Part shown: positions 55,822 to 64,000 of the stretch, piece by piece
How the letters are laid out: each line of letters starts with the position of its first letter
How positions within the stretch are numbered: position 1 is the first letter of the stretch
Source of the DNA: Bifidobacteriaceae bacterium
GTDB lineage: Bacteria; Actinomycetota; Actinomycetes; Actinomycetales; WQXJ01
Direction of reading: 5' to 3'
Length of the DNA stretch: 64,000 bases
Assembly (NCBI GenBank): GCA_031270825.1
Contig: JAISXH010000041.1
Coordinates: 4,514 to 68,513, forward strand
Made by a program: the position numbers and the translations under genes
The notes under the pieces: generated by a model
The model's database searches: none
What the model was told of the DNA's origin: nothing
Seen by the model: the letters and a program-made list of their open reading frames with translations, nothing else

Positions 55822-57150
55822 GTGAGCGAGGCGGTCGGCGAGTCCCCCGCCAGGACGGTCGCGCCTCGAGGCGGTCGTCCTACTATGGCAGCGATGACTG
55901 AAGAACCTGATCTTCCCCGCTTCGCGCCGGCGCGCCCGCCGGCCAACGCTCGCCGTCGGCGAACGGCTGGCCCGGCCCGGCCGTTGACGGCGACCGGCGA
56001 CCGGGCATCCGCCTCGTCGGACCGCGCGCCGGAACAGGCGCCGGCACAGCCGGCGCCTGGCGCTGCGCGGCCGCCACGCCGTGCTGGCGGCCAGCCGAGG
56101 GTGTATCCGAACCCGCCTGGGGGCGGCTCCCCGGCTCGGCGACCCGGCGCCCCGGCGACAGCTCCTGCGCCCGGCCCGGCCCGGCCGGGCGACGGCGCTA
56201 TTCCGGCCAAGGCGAAACGGCGCCGCGGCGGCCGCAAGATCCTCATCGCCTGCGTTCTGGTGCTCCTGGCGGCGCTGGCCTGGCCAACCGGCCTGGCCAT
56301 CTGGGCGAACGGGAAGCTCCAACATGTCGAAGCCCTGGCGCCCGGAGGCGCTGAGGACGGCCGGACCTACCTGGTGGCCGGTTCCGACCAGCGGGGCTCG
56401 GGCGGCGTCAACGACCCCACCGAGGGCGCCCGAACCGACTCCTTGATCCTGGTTCACGTGGCCGCCAACGGCCAGGCCTATCTGGTCTCCCTGCCCCGCG
56501 ACACCTATGTCGAGATCCCCGGTCACGGCGGTCAGAAGATCAACGCCGCCTACGCCTTCGGCGGCCCAAAGCTGCTGGTCGAAACGGTCCAGAGCTTGAC
56601 CGGAATGCATATCAAGCATTACGTCGAGGTCGGCTTCGGCTCAGTCACAGAGCTGGTCGACGCGGTCGACGGAGTCAATCTCTGCCTGGACCGGGACGTC
56701 TCCGACCGCGACTCCAAGCTCGAGTGGAAGGCGGGCTGCCACGATGCCAACGGCGCTCAGGCCCTGGCTTTCGCTCGGATGCGCAAGGCCGATCCGCTGG
56801 GCGACATCGGGCGCGGGGAACGCCAACGCCAGGTCTTGGGCGCGGTGATGCACAAAGCCATCGAGCCGGCCTTGCTGTTGCAACCGGGCCGCCAGGTCGA
56901 CCTGGTCAAGGCCGGGACCACCGCCCTGACGGTGGATGAAGACGCCACCATATTCAGTTTGGGCCGCCTAATGCTGGATCTCCGCGCCGCCACCGGGCCG
57001 GAGGGCATCCAGGGGACGCCTGCCATCAAGACCATGAACTACCAGCCCGGCGGCATTGGCCAGGCGGTTCTGTTGGACCCTGAGGAGGCCGCCCGTGACT
57101 TCGAGGAAATCCGAGATGGCACCTGGACCGGGCGCACCAAGCTGCCGTGA
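55822..57150 (+). CDS. LytR-CpsA-Psr (LCP) family protein
   Basis: Arg/Pro-rich cytoplasmic N-terminus, a TM helix, then YLVAGSDQRG...RTDSLILVHV...LPRDTYVEIPGHG. The start is uncertain. Confidence 0.8.
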   Translation: MSEAVGESPARTVAPRGGRPTMAAMTEEPDLPRFAPARPPANARRRRTAGPARPLTATGDRASASSDRAPEQAPAQPAPGAARPPRRAGGQPRVYPNPPGGGSPARRPGAPATAPAPGPARPGDGAIPAKAKRRRGGRKILIACVLVLLAALAWPTGLAIWANGKLQHVEALAPGGAEDGRTYLVAGSDQRGSGGVNDPTEGARTDSLILVHVAANGQAYLVSLPRDTYVEIPGHGGQKINAAYAFGGPKLLVETVQSLTGMHIKHYVEVGFGSVTELVDAVDGVNLCLDRDVSDRDSKLEWKAGCHDANGAQALAFARMRKADPLGDIGRGERQRQVLGAVMHKAIEPALLLQPGRQVDLVKAGTTALTVDEDATIFSLGRLMLDLRAATGPEGIQGTPAIKTMNYQPGGIGQAVLLDPEEAARDFEEIRDGTWTGRTKLP

Positions 57151-57293
57151 GCCGCCCCCAGCGCCCGCCCGGGGCGCTCTTGGGGCCGATCTCCACCAAA
57201 CCTTTACCGGCTTCGACCTGCGCCTTCGCTGTTCGATCAAGCCGTGCCTCTACTCTTGAACCGACCTTAGCCAGCAACCACCAAGGAGCGTAT

Positions 57294-61282
<3,989 letters not shown>

Positions 61283-61299
61283 CTACCGATTGGTGAACC

Positions 61300-62943
61300 A
61301 TGACATCGACCTCAACCCCACCCGGCGCTGACAAGGCCCCAACCCCGGCCAAGTCTGACGGGCGCGAAGCGCCGGCGCAGACCGCCAAACGAGGACTGAC
61401 GGCGCTCAGGCCGGGCCAGCTACGCCAATTGGTCCTGATCTCGGCCATAGTGGCCTCGGTTGTGGCCCTGGCCACTTGCGTTTTCGCGCTGGTCAGCTCC
61501 ACGATTGGCGCGCGTGAGGCGTCCGGCGCCAGCCAAGACCAGAAGCTGGTCACGCTGCTTAACTCGGTCAATCAGGCCGACCGCGCTCTCTACACCGAGC
61601 GCAGCGACTGGGTGACCGCGCACATCACCGCCAAGTCTCCCGATCCGGACGCGGTCGACAAGGCGCTGGTCGGCGCGGATGAGGCCAAGGACGAAGACGA
61701 TGCCGTGGCCCTGGGGACGGCCGCCAAAGCCTTTGGCATCGATGCCATGAAACTCGCCGACAAAGGCAGCGACAAACAGTTCCGACTGCTGGTCGAAGAC
61801 CCGGCCGGGCGCATCGCCGAGGCCCGTGCCGAACTCACCACCGGCCACGTTTCCGGCGCCGAAGAGTGCGCCGAGCCGGACGGCCCCTGCCAGGCGACCT
61901 TCAACGCCCTGCGCGCGGCCCTATACGCCTTTGCCACCAAAGCGCCGTCCCTGTTCAACGACCCGGTGCTGGCGCCGCAGGCCGAGGCCTTCGCCCGGGC
62001 CATGGGCGACCCGGAGATGTCGATTCCGGTCCGGATCGACCAAGACGTTCCCGCCGGCGACACCCGGGCGGCCGCCCTGGACACCTTGGTCAGGACGGCC
62101 GACACCGCCGCCGAGCAGACTGACAAGCTGCCAGTGGTGCTGTGGGCGGCCGGCGGCGCCCTAGTTCTAGTCGCAGCCGCCCTCTGGGTGGTGTATTGGC
62201 GCAAGGGGCCGCAGTGGGCGGCCCAGGTTGCGGCCGCCGCGCCACCAGCCGCGCGGGCGGCGACATCGTCCGCACAGCCACCGGCCGGCGCACCGCCAGC
62301 CGGCCAGCCGAGGGCCAAACGCCTGCCCTGGGCGCGAGGGCCCAAGGCTACTGGAGCGACCAAGGCCGCGCAGCCTAAGACCGCTGCCGCCAAGGCGGCC
62401 GCGCCCGCCGACCAAGCCTCCCGGCCAGCGCCAACTCCCCCGGCCGGCGCCGCCGCCACCGCGAACGCTCCCGCCAGCGATGCCGGGGCTGCCACGGGCC
62501 GCACGCCGGAAGGTCCGGCCAAGAAGCGCCGGGTGCCGTTCGCGCCGACCCCGGCTGGGCCTGTCGCTCCTGGCGGGCATGTCGCACCTGCTGGGCCTGT
62601 CGCGCCTCTGGCTCCGGCCGCGCCCGCAGCGACCCCAGCCCGGCCGGCTGGCGCCGGGGCCGCCGCGCCTGCTCGGCCTGCGGCCCCGACCGAGACCAAG
62701 GCGGCCAGGACGCCCAGCGCGCCGCCGGTCCAATCCCAACGACCCAGCGCGCCGGCCAAACCTGCCGCCGCACCAGCGCCCGCCCCGGCGGCGGCTCCTG
62801 CGGCCCAGGCTCCTGCGGCGCCAGCGCCAGCTACGGCGACACCCGAGGTCGCCGCTCCAACCGACAAACCGGCCAGTCCGACCAAGGCCAAGCCCGCTGG
62901 CGGCAAGCCGCGGGTGCCCTGGCGCTCGACCGGCAACAACTGA
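61300..62943 (+). CDS. hypothetical bitopic/two-TM membrane protein with a Pro/Ala-rich tail of about 240 aa
   Basis: 547-aa ORF with TMs LVLISAIVASVVALATCVFALV and VVLWAAGGALVLVAAALWVVYW bracketing a helical domain of about 230 aa. The tail is (A/P)-rich. Confidence 0.6.
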   Translation: MTSTSTPPGADKAPTPAKSDGREAPAQTAKRGLTALRPGQLRQLVLISAIVASVVALATCVFALVSSTIGAREASGASQDQKLVTLLNSVNQADRALYTERSDWVTAHITAKSPDPDAVDKALVGADEAKDEDDAVALGTAAKAFGIDAMKLADKGSDKQFRLLVEDPAGRIAEARAELTTGHVSGAEECAEPDGPCQATFNALRAALYAFATKAPSLFNDPVLAPQAEAFARAMGDPEMSIPVRIDQDVPAGDTRAAALDTLVRTADTAAEQTDKLPVVLWAAGGALVLVAAALWVVYWRKGPQWAAQVAAAAPPAARAATSSAQPPAGAPPAGQPRAKRLPWARGPKATGATKAAQPKTAAAKAAAPADQASRPAPTPPAGAAATANAPASDAGAATGRTPEGPAKKRRVPFAPTPAGPVAPGGHVAPAGPVAPLAPAAPAATPARPAGAGAAAPARPAAPTETKAARTPSAPPVQSQRPSAPAKPAAAPAPAPAAAPAAQAPAAPAPATATPEVAAPTDKPASPTKAKPAGGKPRVPWRSTGNN

Positions 62944-62968
62944 CCGGCTCGCACCTGGCCAAGGTTAG

Positions 62969-64000
62969 GTGAACGCGAACGCGAGCCACCCGGAGCCGAG
63001 TCCGGACCTTGGACATCGGCGGATCCGCCGCGCCGCCGCAGTCCTGCTCGCAATCGCGCTGTGCACCTGCGTCTACACCACTATCACCAACGCCCGCACG
63101 GTCCTCGCCGCCGGCGAAGACAAGCGGATCGTGAGTTTGATGTTGGCGGCCGACCAGGCCGGCGCCGCCCTTGACGCCGAATCCTCAGGTCAGGCCGATT
63201 CCACGGCTGCCGACGCCACCTTCGCGGCTTTGGCCGATGCCGCCCAGGCCGCCAAGCTCGACACCCTCCAGCTAGACGGCCTCGGTCGGGCCGACAGTCT
63301 CAAGTCTTTGCTCGGCGACCCGGTTAACGCTCTGACCGAAGCCCGGACCACCGGTCAGTTGGGTCTCCTGGCCGTCGAACTGTCCCAGGCGCAGACCCAG
63401 TTGGCCGACAATTTGGCTAATGGATCCCTGTCCGGCCACGCCCACAATTACGCCCAGGCCAGCACTGCCACCGTGGCCGGAGGCGGCAGCCAACCCAGCC
63501 TGGACGTTCTCACGCGGGCGGCCGACTCTCTGTATTCATCCTCACGCGCACGGCTGATGGCCGGGCTGGCTGGCGCCGTCGCCACCGCGGCCGGACTTCT
63601 CTTCCTGACCGGCCGGATGAGCGTGGCCGGCCTAGGCGGCCGGTTGGCGGCGTGGGCCCGCCTCGGTGGCGCCACCGGCCGTCACAGCGCCCCATCCGGT
63701 CCGGTGCTCTACCAACGCATGGAGGCTGCGGTCCCGGTCTCCTATCAGCCCGCCTCCCCGCCGGCCGCCGATGGTTGGAGCCAGATCGAAACAGCGGCCG
63801 ATCGGACTTGGTCCGCCCCTGATGCGCCAGTCGCGGCCGAACCGGTCGGGTATACAGAGCAGCAGCCCAGCCCGCTCTTCGTCGATGCCGCCGAGACCGC
63901 GGTGCCCGGCCAGCTGGTCGCCGCACCCGCCGAGACCGCGGTGCCTGGCCAGCCTTTCGCCGCACCCGCCGAAACTGCGGTGCCTGGCCAGCCTTTCGCC
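62969..64000 (+). CDS. paralogous hypothetical membrane protein (3' end runs off the window)
   Basis: The frame is open from the GTG at 62969, immediately after an in-frame TAG, to the window end. Architecture matches the previous gene: TM AAAVLLAIALCTCVYTTI, a helical domain, a second TM, then a Pro-rich repeat tail. It is absent from the ORF track because it has no stop in the window. Confidence 0.55.
   Translation, partial: MNANASHPEPSPDLGHRRIRRAAAVLLAIALCTCVYTTITNARTVLAAGEDKRIVSLMLAADQAGAALDAESSGQADSTAADATFAALADAAQAAKLDTLQLDGLGRADSLKSLLGDPVNALTEARTTGQLGLLAVELSQAQTQLADNLANGSLSGHAHNYAQASTATVAGGGSQPSLDVLTRAADSLYSSSRARLMAGLAGAVATAAGLLFLTGRMSVAGLGGRLAAWARLGGATGRHSAPSGPVLYQRMEAAVPVSYQPASPPAADGWSQIETAADRTWSAPDAPVAAEPVGYTEQQPSPLFVDAAETAVPGQLVAAPAETAVPGQPFAAPAETAVPGQPFA
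63890..64000 (+). repeat. 39-bp tandem repeat (2.8 or more copies, continues off the window) encoding AETAVPGQ(L/P)(V/F)AAP
   Basis: gccgagaccgcggtgcccggccagctggtcgccgcaccc / gccgagaccgcggtgcctggccagcctttcgccgcaccc / gccgaaactgcggtgcctggccagcctttcgcc, read directly. Confidence 0.85.

Noticed and set aside
61590-63053. 487-aa minus-strand ORF opposite the Pro/Ala-rich membrane protein
   Set aside because: It is Ala/Gly-rich antisense to a GC-rich repeat region. The plus frame has TM helices and a sensible start.

Overview
High-GC (about 65-72% in sampled lines) Actinomycetota chromosomal segment, densely coding and mostly on the minus strand. Many adjacent genes share 1-11 nt start/stop overlaps (ATGA/GTGA), which suggests translational coupling. 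Content is mainly core housekeeping. It includes an ABC exporter pair, SPFH/NfeD, glgA plus an orphan ABC ATPase, comEA-comEC, and a ROK-regulated sugar ABC/GH13 alpha-glucosidase locus. It also includes leuS, dps, a Fur-family regulator coupled to a catalase, ALDH+SDR, a polar amino-acid ABC system and an alanine/glycine:cation symporter. The block parA-like/scpA/scpB/rluB/tyrA/cmk/plsC/der matches the mycobacterial Rv1708-Rv1713 neighbourhood. A GT2 gene, two LCP genes and ligA complete the set. I found no tRNA, rRNA, CRISPR array, cas gene, transposase, integrase or recognisable defence-system gene, so I cannot claim a clearly novel multi-gene system. The items most worth follow-up are listed here. 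(1) A recurring intergenic direct-repeat motif (GGATG-N5-CGTCGAACTCG and variants) occurs three times in phase upstream of glgA and twice in a convergent gap ahead of a perfect 15-bp hairpin. (2) A four-gene overlapping operon joins a low-GC helical-repeat (TPR-like) protein, an orphan NarL/LuxR response regulator, GluQ-RS and a membrane metallophosphoesterase. (3) An 891-aa Pmp-like beta-helix surface protein lacks a sortase motif and is flanked by long structured non-coding DNA. (4) A low-GC gap holds a coupled pair of small ORFs. (5) Two tandem paralogous membrane proteins carry Pro/Ala-rich tails, one with a 39-bp tandem repeat. Functional calls rest on motifs read in the translations and on known family signatures. 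No database search was run, and hand-counted intergenic coordinates may be off by 1-2 nt.
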